A DNA stretch of 64,000 nt from Polyangiaceae bacterium (GCA_965222375.1 CBDCTZ010000016.1:832001-896000), one strand, 5' to 3'; shown: positions 1 through 11,020, counted from the stretch's first letter. Translations and numbers: made by a program. Notes: generated by a model not told the origin, from the letters alone.

Positions 1-467
1 CAGCGGATGCCACCTCGGAAGGCGGGGCTGGGGGTGGTGTGACGGATGCCACTGCGGACGCATCGAGTGACGCGAGTTCCGACTCGGATTCCGGTTGTCA
101 GTATCTGAATCCCGAGTGCTGTGGTGTGAAGTACGAGCTAGGCGTGGATGCGGATGCGACTGGGCTTTGCGAGCCTGCGGAAGCGCTCGGTTGCAACTGC
201 CTGGAGTTTCATGCGGGCAGTGTCGAATGTGCGCCCGATGGTTCGGTGTGCTGTCACTCCGCCAACCAGTGCAACCCCAAGCCACAGTGCGGCTGGGTAG
301 ATTGCGGACAAGGAGGCCAACGCTTGCCAAGTTGCCCGGCTAGCCAAGAGGTGTTCGACAAAGCTAGCCAACAGGGACTGTGTCAGCCGTGCACGAAGGA
401 CTCGCACTGCTCTGGCGGCAAGACGTGTTCGTGGAGGCTTGGCGATAGGATGTTCTGCCAGCCCTGA
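1..467 (+). CDS. Cys-rich secreted/lipoprotein, C-terminal part (5' end outside window)
   Basis: Frame is open back to the window edge (ADATSEGGAGGG...). A D/A/S-rich linker is followed by a Cys-rich domain typical of myxobacterial surface proteins. Confidence 0.7.
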   Translation, partial: ADATSEGGAGGGVTDATADASSDASSDSDSGCQYLNPECCGVKYELGVDADATGLCEPAEALGCNCLEFHAGSVECAPDGSVCCHSANQCNPKPQCGWVDCGQGGQRLPSCPASQEVFDKASQQGLCQPCTKDSHCSGGKTCSWRLGDRMFCQP

Positions 468-681
468 AGCAGCACCTCTTCTGAACCCCTCGCACTTCGG
501 AGACGGTCGGATGCCCGGGTCCGGTGTGAAATCGAAGTACCGCGCACGGCGCGACGGGAAACGCCTGGCCAGCGTGTGTGTCGCGATGGCGCAGCGCATG
601 AAGACGCGCGAGATTAGTGATGCAGAGTGGTCCAGGGGCGCGACCCCCAAAACCAAAAGTCGAGCTGATGGGGATTGGGGG

Positions 682-2049
682 TTAGGGGTTGAATAGGAGT
701 TTGGCTTGGCGGCGATCGGGTTTGCCCAGGGCGTTGCGAGGAATGGCGTCGACCACTAGATGCTCGCGCGGTTTCTTGAAACTCGCCAGACGCGTAGCAG
801 ACGCTTCGAGCACGCTTTGGGGGTCTGTAGCAGGGGCGAGCACGAAGAGTGCTGCAACGCGTTGGCCGTAATGGGCGTCGCGGAGGCCGAGCACCATCAC
901 GTCGAGGACCCTTGGATCCGCCGCGAGTACGCCTTCGACCTCGGCGGGGTGAACGTTCTCGCCGCCGGTGATGATCACGTCATCGCTGCGACCCAGGACG
1001 TGGAGGCGTCCGGCTGCGTCCAGGTGACCCAGATCTCGGGTGTCGAACCAGGCCTCGGGTACCATGGGAGGCTCGCCCACGTAGCCACGCATGCGCATGG
1101 GGCCGCGTAGCTGGATCCGTCCGGGTTGGTTTGGGACTTCGGTGCGGATTCGAATCTCCACGCCGTCGAGAGCGAAGCCCGAATCATCGAGTTCGGGGTC
1201 GAAAGCGTCTTGCGGTCGCTGGGTGGTCACCTGGGAGGCCATCTCCGTACAGCCATAGCTGGCCAGTAGGCGCAGTTCGCGAGCGTGCGCTCTCCGACGT
1301 AGCGCGCTGGGCAAAGGCGCTCCTCCGACCAGAATGACCCGCAGGCGGCGCAGCACGCCGCGGGCGTCGTGGCGCATCAAACTATCGAGCATTGCTGGAA
1401 CGACGGACAGCAGCGTGGCGCGATGTTCCGAAATGGCGCTGAGCACCTCGTCGGGATCGAAGCGCTCGAGGAGCACGATGGGCATACGCGCCAGCAGGCA
1501 GCGTGTGACGATGGACAACCCGCCGGCGTGCGCGAGGGACATGCACAAGAGCCAACGATCGTCATCGTAGTAACCGAGGTTCTTCTCGCTGGCCCGCGCA
1601 GATGCCTGCAGTGCGCCGTGACCGATGATCGCGAGCTTGGGCGGTCCGCTGCTGCCCGAGGTGGCCAGCAAGACGGCGCGACGCTCGTGGCAGCCGCTGG
1701 CCACTTCGACCAGCTGCGCGGCTTCGGCATCGCTCAGGCGCGGGTGAAGGGGAAGGAAGGTGGTCTGTGTTTCGAGGGCCGCCAAGACCGATGCGATCGT
1801 TTCCACACTTGCAGGTGCTCGGAAATGCCGCACGCCGCTTTGGCTTTGGCTTTGGCTTTGGCTTTGGCTTTGGCTTTGGCTTTGGCTTTGGCTTTGTCGT
1901 GGCGTTAGCTGTCGCACCAAGGCGTGGAGCTCTGCGAAGGTCAGGGTCACGCTGCCGGTGACGATTGCGGCCTGGTTGGGCTGCTGTCGCGCGGCGGCGC
2001 TCAGGCTCCATTCAGGGTCGACGGGGTTGCTCAGGTCCGCGAAGGCCAT
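682..2049 (-). CDS. menE: o-succinylbenzoate-CoA ligase
   Basis: AMP-binding motifs ATSGSSGPPK, SYGCTE, GRSDDVIITGGENVHP, GKPDR. Last gene of the men operon. Start moved to ATG 2049, overlapping the menC end. Confidence 0.9.
   Translation of the reverse strand: MAFADLSNPVDPEWSLSAAARQQPNQAAIVTGSVTLTFAELHALVRQLTPRQSQSQSQSQSQSQSQSQSQSGVRHFRAPASVETIASVLAALETQTTFLPLHPRLSDAEAAQLVEVASGCHERRAVLLATSGSSGPPKLAIIGHGALQASARASEKNLGYYDDDRWLLCMSLAHAGGLSIVTRCLLARMPIVLLERFDPDEVLSAISEHRATLLSVVPAMLDSLMRHDARGVLRRLRVILVGGAPLPSALRRRAHARELRLLASYGCTEMASQVTTQRPQDAFDPELDDSGFALDGVEIRIRTEVPNQPGRIQLRGPMRMRGYVGEPPMVPEAWFDTRDLGHLDAAGRLHVLGRSDDVIITGGENVHPAEVEGVLAADPRVLDVMVLGLRDAHYGQRVAALFVLAPATDPQSVLEASATRLASFKKPREHLVVDAIPRNALGKPDRRQAKLLFNP
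1837..1896. repeat. Perfect hexamer microsatellite (GCTTTG)x10 encoding (QS)10 in menE
   Basis: Ten copies counted directly in the sequence. Confidence 0.97.
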
Positions 2050-3119
2050 ACCCATTCCGGCAGCTCGACTCCAAGGCCCACATTGCTCGTGGCTTCGACT
2101 TGTAGCTGCTCGTCGGCGGGTGCCGAATTGGGCAACTGTGCAACGTGGGCGGGGGGAAAGGCGCTGAGCGCGGCGTGCAGGTCGAGCCCGTGGGCTCCGG
2201 CGCTGGGCGAGGCAAGCGCCAGGGCGAGCTCGCAGCAAGCTGCAAGGGCGACGGGACCTTCGAAGGCATGGGTCACGACGAGCTGCTTGCCTGCGCTCCG
2301 GGCCTCCGCTGCCAGTGCCCAGCTTTGCTGCACACCACCGAGCAAGCTCGGCTTGATCACGAAGCCTGCTGCCGCCGGCTCTTCGAGCAGCGCCTTGCGT
2401 AGCCTGGGGTTGGCCAACGACTCGTCGACGAACCACGGCACTGCGCAGGCGCCGAGCTCGAGCAAGTCGACGCCCCGAGCGGGCTCCTCCACCAATTCGA
2501 TTTCGGCGCGTGCGTAGTGATCGAGGGCGCGCCGCGCGCCGTCGGCGTTCAAGCTGCCGTTGAGGTCGAGACGAATCCGTAGTGCAACCTCCAGACTGCG
2601 ACGCATCTCGATGATTCGTGCGCTTTCGTTCGCGGGGTCTTTTCCTGTTGCCTTGAATTTCAGACTACGCGCGCCGCGCGCCGTAGCGTTGGCCGCACGG
2701 CGGACGTGATCGGGATCGTCGATGTGGCCAACCAAGATGGAGCGCTCGGCGTTACGACGGCGGCCAAGGAGCGAACCGAACGCCTCGCCCCTCTGGCGCG
2801 CAGCCGCATCGAGCAGCGCCGTTTCCGTTGCGAAACGAGCACTTGGCGACTTCAAATCCTGCTTGCCGCACCAATCTGCCGCCTCGTCGAGACTACGTGG
2901 CACGGATGTCGGCGCGGCGAGATCGTGCAACTCTTTGGCGGCGTCGTGCAAACTCTCCGCGCTCAAATGGGGGAGCGGCGATGCTTCACCAAGTCCGACC
3001 AGTGCATCGCCGTCGAAGAGCCCGAGCAGCACGCCGCGTCGCTGCGACCAGGTGTGGCGAGCGCTGATGGCCCCCTGGGTCGCGCCGCCGATCGGCGCTA
3101 CGCACCAGCGCAGCGTCAC
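2031..3119 (-). CDS. menC: o-succinylbenzoate synthase (enolase superfamily)
   Basis: GLGEASPLP, KxK (LKFK), RLDLNG, VEEP, DES, VIKPS motifs; operon context. Confidence 0.88.
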   Translation of the reverse strand: MTLRWCVAPIGGATQGAISARHTWSQRRGVLLGLFDGDALVGLGEASPLPHLSAESLHDAAKELHDLAAPTSVPRSLDEAADWCGKQDLKSPSARFATETALLDAAARQRGEAFGSLLGRRRNAERSILVGHIDDPDHVRRAANATARGARSLKFKATGKDPANESARIIEMRRSLEVALRIRLDLNGSLNADGARRALDHYARAEIELVEEPARGVDLLELGACAVPWFVDESLANPRLRKALLEEPAAAGFVIKPSLLGGVQQSWALAAEARSAGKQLVVTHAFEGPVALAACCELALALASPSAGAHGLDLHAALSAFPPAHVAQLPNSAPADEQLQVEATSNVGLGVELPEWVWPSRT

Positions 3120-4052
3120 TCAACCTCCCCAAGCGATAGCCACCGCGAGTAGAGCACTCGTGGCCAACAGCAGGCGGGCGGTCGCTGGTAGCAGTGGGTT
3201 GAGCGCACGCCCTTCGGACGCTGCCATTCGGCGAGCCAGGGCAACCGCAAAGGGCAGTGGCAGTAGGCTCAGCAATACGCCCGGGCCGGCGAGGTCGAGG
3301 GCGAGCATCGCGATGGGTGAGCCGTAGGCCACCGCGATCAGCCCGGCGTATTCGAAGTTGGCGACGCGACGCCCGTACCGCACCACCAGGGTGCGCTTGC
3401 CTGCGCGCGAATCCGTTCGGTGGTCTCTGGCGTTGTTGACGACCAAGACCGCGGTGGCGAGGGCACCCACCGGCAACGCGGCCAGCCACGCAGCCGTGGG
3501 AACGGAGCCGCTAGCGACGAAGGCGGTGCCACATACGGCGACCAAGCCGAAAAACACGAACACGAAAAGGTCGCCCAGGCCGTTGTAGCCCAGTGGGTAA
3601 GGGCCGCCCGTGTAGGCGATGCCGCTAAGGATGGACGCCAGGCCAATGGCCACGATGATCGGCCCCGAAAGGTAGACCAGCCAAGCGCCGGCGACAGTGG
3701 CAAGGGCAAAGCTCACGATCATGCCGGCGCGCACTGCACGCGGTGACAGCAGGCCGCTCTGTACGGCGCGGGGCGGCCCTAGGCGCTGCTCGTCGTCGGC
3801 GCCCTTTTCGAAATCGAACACGTCGTTGGCGAAGTTAGTCCCGATCTGGATCAGCAACGCGCCGAGCAGGGCTGCCACCACGGCGGCATAGCGCAAGCTC
3901 CCTGCTGCGGACGCGACCGCCGCGCCAACCACGACGGGCGCGACGGCCACCGGCAGCGTTTGGGGGCGCGCTGCGAGGACCCACACGCCCAGGGAACCTG
4001 GACTGGGCAGCTCTGGACTCAGCGCCGCCCTCAAACTGGCCTGCTTTGCCAT
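3120..4052 (-). CDS. menA: 1,4-dihydroxy-2-naphthoate polyprenyltransferase
   Basis: [39 protein letters not shown] motifs; multiple TM helices. Confidence 0.95.
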   Translation of the reverse strand: MAKQASLRAALSPELPSPGSLGVWVLAARPQTLPVAVAPVVVGAAVASAAGSLRYAAVVAALLGALLIQIGTNFANDVFDFEKGADDEQRLGPPRAVQSGLLSPRAVRAGMIVSFALATVAGAWLVYLSGPIIVAIGLASILSGIAYTGGPYPLGYNGLGDLFVFVFFGLVAVCGTAFVASGSVPTAAWLAALPVGALATAVLVVNNARDHRTDSRAGKRTLVVRYGRRVANFEYAGLIAVAYGSPIAMLALDLAGPGVLLSLLPLPFAVALARRMAASEGRALNPLLPATARLLLATSALLAVAIAWGG

Positions 4053-4062
4053 GCCGACTCTC

Positions 4063-4884
4063 TCAGGGCAGCCGTGGGAATTTGGCAAAGTCGGGTGGAC
4101 GCTTTTCCAAGAAGGCGTTCTTTCCTTCCTGGCCTTCTTCCGTCATGTAGAAGAGCAACGTGGCGTTGCCGGCCAACTCCTGCAGCCCAGCTTGACCATC
4201 GCAGTCAGCGTTCAAAGACGCCTTCAAGCAGCGCAGTGCCAACGGGCTGTTGTTCAGGATCTCCCGACACCACGCGACGGTCTCCTCTTCCAGTTGGTCG
4301 AGGGGAACCACTCGGTTGACGAGGCCCATCTCCAGGGCTTCTTGCGCTGGGTATTGGCGACACAGGAACCAGATCTCCCGGGCTTTTTTCTGGCCCACGA
4401 TGCGCGCCATGTAGGAAGCGCCGTAGCCGCCATCGAAACTGCCGACCTTCGGCCCGGTCTGGCCGAAGCGGGCGTTGTCCGCGGCGATGGTCAGGTCGCA
4501 CACCAAGTGCAGCACGTGTCCACCGCCAATTGCGTAGCCTGCAACCATGGCGATTACAGGTTTGGGCAAGGTTCGGATCTGCCGTTGCAGGTCCAATACG
4601 TTGAGGCGAGGAACGCCGTCGCTGCCTACGTAGCCCGCATGACCTCGGACGCGCTGATCGCCACCGGAACAAAACGCTTCCCCACCGGCGCCACACAGGA
4701 TGACCACGCCGACGTAGGAGTCGTCCCGGGCATCGGCGAAGGCGTGGGTCATTTCCTTGACGGTCTGGGGGCGAAACGCGTTGCGGACTTCGGCGCGGTT
4801 GATGGTGATCTTCGCGATCCCTTCAGCCTTTTCGTAGATGATGTCTTCGAAGCCGGGGACGCGTTCATATTGAGGCAAGGTCAT
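4063..4884 (-). CDS. menB: 1,4-dihydroxy-2-naphthoyl-CoA synthase
   Basis: [40 protein letters not shown]: highly conserved MenB sequence. Confidence 0.98.
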   Translation of the reverse strand: MTLPQYERVPGFEDIIYEKAEGIAKITINRAEVRNAFRPQTVKEMTHAFADARDDSYVGVVILCGAGGEAFCSGGDQRVRGHAGYVGSDGVPRLNVLDLQRQIRTLPKPVIAMVAGYAIGGGHVLHLVCDLTIAADNARFGQTGPKVGSFDGGYGASYMARIVGQKKAREIWFLCRQYPAQEALEMGLVNRVVPLDQLEEETVAWCREILNNSPLALRCLKASLNADCDGQAGLQELAGNATLLFYMTEEGQEGKNAFLEKRPPDFAKFPRLP

Positions 4885-5677
4885 GTCTGGGGTCTCCTTG
4901 GGTCATGAATTGGCGAAGGCTCTGATCACAGAACTTCGCTAGGGGTCCTGGCGCCTCCAACAACACGTTGTGGCCAGCGCCTTCGATTGCGAAAGCTCTT
5001 GCGCTGGGGATCTGTCTGGCTGCCTGCTGGCCGCGCGCGACGTAGGCGGGGTCCAAGCTGCCGGCCACGAAGTGCACCGGCAGCCGCGCCGATGCGAGGC
5101 GCGAGGCGAGGTCTGGCATGGCGCCGCTTCCGAGCTCCGACATTGCGTTTCGGATCCCGGCCTCCTCGTGGCTGAGGCGGAGCTCCCGTTGCTCCGCTCT
5201 GACGTCGTGGGGCAAGCGTGCTTGGGATGCGAAGAGCGGGAGTGCCTCCCAGTGGTTGACGAAGCCTTCGAGGCCACATCGATCCAGGGTCTCGACCTGG
5301 GCTACTTCCCACTGCAGCTTCTCCCGGCGAGCCGCCGGGGAAAACCCCGGATGAGCGCCTATCGCCACGACACCCAGCACCCGCTGCGGAAAGTGTGCGG
5401 CGAGTCCGAGGGCGATGCGGCCGCCCATGGAGTATCCGATGACGTAGCTGGGCTTCTCGAACTCAGCGGCCAGCTCGCACAGGTTGCCCTGGAAGCCAAC
5501 CTGAACCCTTCGAGCAGGCCGGCCGTGTCCGGGCAGTGTCAGGGCTAGGACTTGCCCCGGGTATTCCTGTCGGCGAAGGAAGCGTCGCCAGGAGGCGGGC
5601 GCACCCAGCATGCCGTGAAGCAGTACGACGGGTGGGCGCAGGCGCTGTCGAGATGGGCGCAAGACCTGAGCGCTCAT
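4865..5677 (-). CDS. menH: SHCHC synthase (alpha/beta hydrolase)
   Basis: [25 protein letters not shown] motifs. ATG overlaps the menD stop. Confidence 0.9.
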   Translation of the reverse strand: MSAQVLRPSRQRLRPPVVLLHGMLGAPASWRRFLRRQEYPGQVLALTLPGHGRPARRVQVGFQGNLCELAAEFEKPSYVIGYSMGGRIALGLAAHFPQRVLGVVAIGAHPGFSPAARREKLQWEVAQVETLDRCGLEGFVNHWEALPLFASQARLPHDVRAEQRELRLSHEEAGIRNAMSELGSGAMPDLASRLASARLPVHFVAGSLDPAYVARGQQAARQIPSARAFAIEGAGHNVLLEAPGPLAKFCDQSLRQFMTQGDPRHDLASI

Positions 5678-7425
5678 GATCTGGCTCCCGGCTGCTGTGG
5701 CGACGCGCTGCTTGCGACCGCGCTCGCCTTGGCGGGGATCATGACTTCGAGCACGGTCGTGCTGGCGGTTGCGCAGGCGTCGGCGAGGGCGCGGCTCAGA
5801 GCGGTAGACGAGTCGGCCCGCTGGTGGGCAACGCCAAAGGCCGCGCACGTGCCTGCGAGAAAACTGGGCGGCGGCGTAACAAACAAGGATTCGAGAGCTT
5901 GCTTCGAGATCTGCTGCGCGACGGGCAGTTGTTCGAAGATGCGGCCACCGCCGTTGTTCACCACCAAGAGCACGAGCGGGCCCGCCGACTGCGCCGCAAG
6001 CGCGAGAGAGCCGACATCGTGCAGGGCACTGACGTCGCCAAGCATGGCGACAACCGGTTCGTCGGTCGGCGTGACCGAACGCGCCCCTGCCGCTCCCGCT
6101 ATGAGCCCATCGATGCCGCTAGCCCCGCGCTGATGAAGCACGCTCAGCTCTGCGCTGCTGCGGCCACCGTAGCGGTCCACATCGCGCACGACCTGGCTAT
6201 TGCCGAGGAAGAGCGTCGTGCCGCTTTGCAGCGCGCTGGTCACCAGTCGCGCGACCTGGGGCTCGGACAGAATCGCACTTGGCGGCGGCCCCTCCGCCCG
6301 CGTCGCCAGCTCAACGACGTGTTCACGGTAACCGGCGTTCGCCGAGTCCCGCATCCGTCCAGCGAGCGCCTGGAAGAGCTCGGAGGCGTCCGCCAAGACG
6401 ACGTCAGTCGCGCAGCTGGTTGGATCCGCGATCCCGTGGGGCGCAACGACTATCTGAGGACTGCGGGGTGAGGCGTTGCTGGCGCGCTGCCAAGCGGCGG
6501 ATATCGGCGGCGCGCCGAGGCGAATCACGAGCTGCGGTGGCATCGTGGCAAACAAGTCGGCCAGCCACGCGTCCAGGCCGCCCACAGCTAGGCCGCTCAG
6601 CTCGGGCCCGTGTAAAAGGTCGCTGGCGGCTTCTGCGGCAAAAGCGAATCCGGAGCTCCGCAGAAATCCAGCCAGTGCCCGTCGCAAACGGCGCGATGAC
6701 TCCGACTTGGATTCGGCGGTTGCCCAGGCTGGTCCGGCCACGACCAAGCCGCGGCTCGTTGAACCTGCAAGGTCGGCGACATGATCTATGGCGGCCGGAG
6801 ACGGCTGAAGTCTGCCAATGGAAGTGGTTGGCACACTGGATTCGAAAAGAGCGCGCAGCTGGGGGCGCCAGCTTTCGTCTCCCGCTGAAGCTATGGGTTC
6901 GAGGGGCTTGCGAAAGCGGGCGTTGATGTGCACTGGCCCACTCACGGGAAACTGCGTTTTCAGGACGCTCTGCACCGCGATGCGCGGTAGCGCTCGCAAG
7001 GCCTCGGGCGTCGGTTCTCCGAGTTCGAAGAAGCCCCGGACGTGGTGCCCGAAGAGCTTGGTCTGATCCACGGTTTGGTTGGCTTGGGACTGGGTGAGCT
7101 CCCAGGGGCGGTCGGCGGTCACCGCGATCAGAGGCAGGTGGGCGCGCTCGGCTTCGATCACTGCTGGCAAGTAGTGAGCCCCCGCAGTTCCAGAGGTGCA
7201 CAGCAGCAGACTGGGTTTTCCAGTCACGCGAGCTTGGCCGAGGGCGAAGAAGGCAGCGCTGCGCTCATCCACGGACGTGGTCACACGCACCCCGCCGCTG
7301 TCGAAGGCAGCCAGCGCGAGCGGCGTGGAGCGCGAACCCGGGCTGGCGATCACTTCGCTGACCCCAGCGCCAGCAAGCGCGTGCACGAACAGGCGCGCCC
7401 ACTCACTCTGCAGGTCTCGATTCAT
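5674..7425 (-). CDS. menD: SEPHCHC synthase (ThDP-dependent)
   Basis: SPGSRSTPL, DERSAAFFALG, CTSGTA, RGASGIDG, GD...NNGGGRIF motifs. Confidence 0.97.
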   Translation of the reverse strand: MNRDLQSEWARLFVHALAGAGVSEVIASPGSRSTPLALAAFDSGGVRVTTSVDERSAAFFALGQARVTGKPSLLLCTSGTAGAHYLPAVIEAERAHLPLIAVTADRPWELTQSQANQTVDQTKLFGHHVRGFFELGEPTPEALRALPRIAVQSVLKTQFPVSGPVHINARFRKPLEPIASAGDESWRPQLRALFESSVPTTSIGRLQPSPAAIDHVADLAGSTSRGLVVAGPAWATAESKSESSRRLRRALAGFLRSSGFAFAAEAASDLLHGPELSGLAVGGLDAWLADLFATMPPQLVIRLGAPPISAAWQRASNASPRSPQIVVAPHGIADPTSCATDVVLADASELFQALAGRMRDSANAGYREHVVELATRAEGPPPSAILSEPQVARLVTSALQSGTTLFLGNSQVVRDVDRYGGRSSAELSVLHQRGASGIDGLIAGAAGARSVTPTDEPVVAMLGDVSALHDVGSLALAAQSAGPLVLLVVNNGGGRIFEQLPVAQQISKQALESLFVTPPPSFLAGTCAAFGVAHQRADSSTALSRALADACATASTTVLEVMIPAKASAVASSASPQQPGARS

Positions 7426-8783
7426 GGCGCTCCGTGCTGCAGCGTCGCGTCGGGGCTGGAGGTTTCCGGCAGGATGCCCAGGGTCCGCCGCATGCTGGCC
7501 AGCTTGACTTCAGTCTCTGCCAGCTCGTGCTCGACCTCGGAGCCGCGGACCAGTCCCGCGCCCGCGAAAAGCTCGGCGCCAGAGGGATCGACGAGTGCCG
7601 AGCGCAACGCAACGGCGAACTGCCCCCGGCCCTCGGCATCGAACCAACCGATTGGGGCAGCGAACCAGCCGCGCTCGAAGCCCTCCTGTTCCAACAGAAA
7701 CGCCAAGGCGTCCTTGCTCGGCACGCCGCACACCGCCGGAGTTGGGTGCAGTGCATCGACCCAGTCCAAGACGTGTGTGCCGGGTGCGCTCGCTAGGATT
7801 GGCGTGGTCAGGTGGTGCACGTGGCGCAGGGTGCGTACATGCCGCTGAAGCGGCGATACCACCTGGGCGTGGCCATCACGCAACGCGCGCTGAATTGCAT
7901 GTACGACGTATTCATGCTCCCGAGCGTCCTTTTCGGAATCCATGAGTGCTGCGATTTCTTCCGAGTCGTTGCCGCGGCGAGGTCGGGTGCCAGCGACCGC
8001 TTCGGTTTTCAGTGCACGCCCGTCGAAGGCAACCAGCACCTCCGGGCTCGCGCCCAAGAACGTCTTGCGCTGAGCACTCACGGCGAAGTGCACCGGCGCC
8101 GTTTCGCTCGTGAGGCGCCCTAGTGCTTTGGCAACCGAGACCCGTCCCGTGGCGCGGGCGGCGCGCACCACCACGACTTTTTCTAGGTTGCCAGCATCGA
8201 TTTCCTCGAGGGCAGCCTGCGCTGCGCGCCGATAGGCGACAACGCCGCTTTCTTCCATGCGCAAGGGCGTCTCGTCCTGGGGCTTCTTGGCGAAGGTTCC
8301 AAGTACGCTGCGGACCTCTTGATACAAAGGTCCCGGTGCCAACAGTTCGGCTCGGGTCGCTACTAGTTGCGCGGTCACGGTGCTTCCCCGTCGCACCAGG
8401 TTCCAGCGCGGAAGAACGAAGCGCGCGTCGCCGAAGGCGCGAAATGCGCCGAGCCGCCCGGGGGTGAAGGCCATGCCACCCATCAAGCGGGGCTGCGCAT
8501 CGCCTACGATCTCCAAGTTGGAGAAGAGCTCCCTGGCGCCGGCGCGTAAGCTGTCAACAGGGGCGTGGCCGTGCGCACGGACCACAGCTTGAGCACCGAA
8601 CCCCACCGAGAGCACGCCTTCGCTGCCGTGAGCTGCGGCCGCATTCCACAAGAAGAGCTCCCTGTCGTCGGATACGACTGCCAGCGGGTCGACGGCGACG
8701 TGTCCGCCGACGCTGATCAACCGATCATCGGCGCGAACTGCCGCCCGACGCATTGCTTCCGCGAGCGCCGCCGAGAAATTCAT
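7422..8783 (-). CDS. menF: Isochorismate synthase
   Basis: KVV, GASPE, AVAGT, EHEYV, LHPTPAVCG, LRSA, FAGAG, ETEVK motifs. Confidence 0.93.
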   Translation of the reverse strand: MNFSAALAEAMRRAAVRADDRLISVGGHVAVDPLAVVSDDRELFLWNAAAAHGSEGVLSVGFGAQAVVRAHGHAPVDSLRAGARELFSNLEIVGDAQPRLMGGMAFTPGRLGAFRAFGDARFVLPRWNLVRRGSTVTAQLVATRAELLAPGPLYQEVRSVLGTFAKKPQDETPLRMEESGVVAYRRAAQAALEEIDAGNLEKVVVVRAARATGRVSVAKALGRLTSETAPVHFAVSAQRKTFLGASPEVLVAFDGRALKTEAVAGTRPRRGNDSEEIAALMDSEKDAREHEYVVHAIQRALRDGHAQVVSPLQRHVRTLRHVHHLTTPILASAPGTHVLDWVDALHPTPAVCGVPSKDALAFLLEQEGFERGWFAAPIGWFDAEGRGQFAVALRSALVDPSGAELFAGAGLVRGSEVEHELAETEVKLASMRRTLGILPETSSPDATLQHGAP

Positions 8784-9493
8784 GGCGCCGTCCCCACGAA
8801 CAGGTTCGCTGCTCCGAAGGTCAGTGGGTTGGCGTCAACGGGATCGAACCCAGCTTCTCGCATCATCTCGGCGAATTCCGAACGCCGCGGAAAGGCCGCA
8901 ATGGATGACTGCAGGTAGCGATACTCCCGATTACCCGAGAGGAGGCCGCCGACGGTCGGCACGACGGTTCTTATGTGGAATCGAGCCAGGCCACGTAGCA
9001 GCCCCTCCTCGGGTTCCCCGAGTTCGAGCACGGCGACGCGTCCGCCGGTGCGGGTGACCCGGCGCATTTCTCTGAGGCCTAACGCGCGGTCCGCTGCGTT
9101 GCGGATGCCAAAGGCGATGGTGACACCGTCGAAGCTGCCGTTCGCGTAGGGCAGAGACTCCACGCTTCCTTCGTCGAGGTTGATGCGCGAGGCCATGCCC
9201 GCGCGCTCGACTTTGTCTTGGCCAATCGCGAGCATGCCTTTGGACGGATCGATGCCGACCACATCGGCCTCGGGCAGCAAGCGAGCGATGCCGAGGGCCA
9301 GGTCCGCGGTCCCGGTGGCGACATCCAGCACGCGGCAAGAACCCGACAACTGCAGGCTTGCCACGGCCCGCTTGCGCCAGCCCTGGTCGATGCCCAGAGA
9401 CAGCACGCGGTTCAGGAAGTCGTAGCGAGGGGCGATGGCGTCGAACATCTGCCCGCTGCCCGGTTGGACGGGGCTACTCGGAGTGTGGGTCAT
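8780..9493 (-). CDS. menG: Demethylmenaquinone methyltransferase (UbiE/MenG)
   Basis: MFDAIAPRYDFLN, LDVATGTAD, AFGIRN, YRYLQSSI motifs. Confidence 0.95.
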   Translation of the reverse strand: MTHTPSSPVQPGSGQMFDAIAPRYDFLNRVLSLGIDQGWRKRAVASLQLSGSCRVLDVATGTADLALGIARLLPEADVVGIDPSKGMLAIGQDKVERAGMASRINLDEGSVESLPYANGSFDGVTIAFGIRNAADRALGLREMRRVTRTGGRVAVLELGEPEEGLLRGLARFHIRTVVPTVGGLLSGNREYRYLQSSIAAFPRRSEFAEMMREAGFDPVDANPLTFGAANLFVGTAP

Positions 9494-10467
9494 GACGGCA
9501 CCGTCCTCGCGAATCCCAAACTCAGGAGCGCCTCGGGCGGGAGTGCCTGAGCGGCGTCGCTCTTGGCCAGGGCCGGTTCGTCATGCACTTCGACGATGAG
9601 ACCCGCGGCGCCGGCGGCCAGCGCTGCTTGGGCCAGGGGCAAGACCAGGTCCCGCCGCCCGGAAGCGTGCGAGGGGTCGACGATTACGGGGAGGCGCTGG
9701 ACCTTCGAGAGCAGCGCGACCGCACCCAAGTCGAGCAGGTTGCGGGTGCTCTGATCAAAACCGCGAATGCCCCGCTCGCAATACAAGACACCGCTGGCGC
9801 CGTGGGCGAGCAGGTGCTCGCCCGCGTGCAGCCACTCCTCGACGGTTGCGGACATGCTGCGCTTCAGGAGAACCGGCTTCTGCGCCCCACCCACGGCTCG
9901 CAGCAGCGCAAAGTTCTGCATGTTGCGCGAACCCAGCTGCAGGACGTCGGCATGCTCGGCGACGGCTGGGACATCCAGTTCGCTCAGAACCTCCGTCACG
10001 ACGAGCAGGCCGCTTTCATCCGCCGCTGAACGCAGCCAGCTCAAGGCCTCGGTGCCGAGCCCTTGGAAGTCGTACGGGCTCGTCCTCGGTTTGAAAGCAC
10101 CCCCGCGTAGTACTCGGGCGCCGCAGCAGGCCAGCTTCTTTGCGATCCGATGGATCTGCTCTTCGGACTCCACCGCGCATGGGCCCGCCATGAGCGCGGG
10201 CAGGTTCGAAGAAATGCGCAATCCGTTCACGCAGAGCTCGGGCTTCTGGCTCTCGACCCGAGGTCGGTTCGTACCGGGCAGACTCACGGATAGAACTCCG
10301 GGCAGACTTTCCACTGCGTTTGGAGCGACGCGTGCAGATGCACGGCCGACGATCAGGTGGACGATGCCTTTGGAATTGTGCTCGACGCTCTCGATCCATA
10401 GGCCTAATCCGGCCAGATGTTGTTTTGCCGAAGTTACGTCGGCATCTTGTTTCAGCGTGACGATCAT
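9490..10467 (-). CDS. aroF: DAHP synthase, type I-beta, with N-terminal regulatory domain
   Basis: AGPCAVE, RGGAFKPRTSPYDFQG, RNMQN, CERG, VDPSH motifs. Confidence 0.92.
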   Translation of the reverse strand: MIVTLKQDADVTSAKQHLAGLGLWIESVEHNSKGIVHLIVGRASARVAPNAVESLPGVLSVSLPGTNRPRVESQKPELCVNGLRISSNLPALMAGPCAVESEEQIHRIAKKLACCGARVLRGGAFKPRTSPYDFQGLGTEALSWLRSAADESGLLVVTEVLSELDVPAVAEHADVLQLGSRNMQNFALLRAVGGAQKPVLLKRSMSATVEEWLHAGEHLLAHGASGVLYCERGIRGFDQSTRNLLDLGAVALLSKVQRLPVIVDPSHASGRRDLVLPLAQAALAAGAAGLIVEVHDEPALAKSDAAQALPPEALLSLGFARTVPS

Positions 10468-10474
10468 GGGGGGC

Positions 10475-11017
10475 TCAGGCTTGACGGGACTTGCGGCCCG
10501 CGAGGTTCAGGAGGTCACCGAACTTCTGGAAGTCGGCCTGTTGGGAGCGAACGAAGGAGTCGATCACCGTCTGGGCGACGACCGCGAAAGAGACGAGCTG
10601 CCCGAGCCGATCCACGACGTGGGCTTGTTCCGGGCTCTTGGCTGCGCTCTGGGCCAGTCCGGCGGCCTCTTCGAGGCGCTTGCGCACGGATTCTGCCAAG
10701 AAGCGTTCACGCTCGTTGACGACTCGGGAGATCATCTTCCAGAAGTCCGTCTCGGCTTCGTAGAACTCCTTGCGCTCTCCCGGGCGCCAGACCCGACGCA
10801 CGACGCCCCAGCGCAGGAGCTCGTTTAGGCTGGTCGAAGCCGTCCCTGCAGAGACGCGCAAGGCGGCGGCGATCTCCGAGGCCGCTCGGGGCTCCCGCTC
10901 CAGGTACAGGACCGTCCAAATTCGTCCCAGAGCAGGGCGAAAGCCCCAGTAGTCGATCACGTCTCCGATCGCGTCCGCGGCTACCAGAGTGGCTCTTCTC
11001 AGCTGTAAATCGGCCAT
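10475..11017 (-). CDS. GbsR/MarR-family transcriptional regulator
   Basis: WGF..LGRIWTVLYL, winged HTH and RKEFYEAETDFW are characteristic of GbsR-type proteins. Heads the men operon. Confidence 0.88.
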   Translation of the reverse strand: MADLQLRRATLVAADAIGDVIDYWGFRPALGRIWTVLYLEREPRAASEIAAALRVSAGTASTSLNELLRWGVVRRVWRPGERKEFYEAETDFWKMISRVVNERERFLAESVRKRLEEAAGLAQSAAKSPEQAHVVDRLGQLVSFAVVAQTVIDSFVRSQQADFQKFGDLLNLAGRKSRQA

Positions 11018-11020
11018 AAA

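Noticed and set aside
4051..4908. Long antisense ORF opposite menB (similarly 36044..37138, 25917..27647, 47280..48392, 37937..39007)
   Set aside because: Shadow ORFs expected in high-GC DNA opposite genes with biased codon usage; no recognisable motifs.
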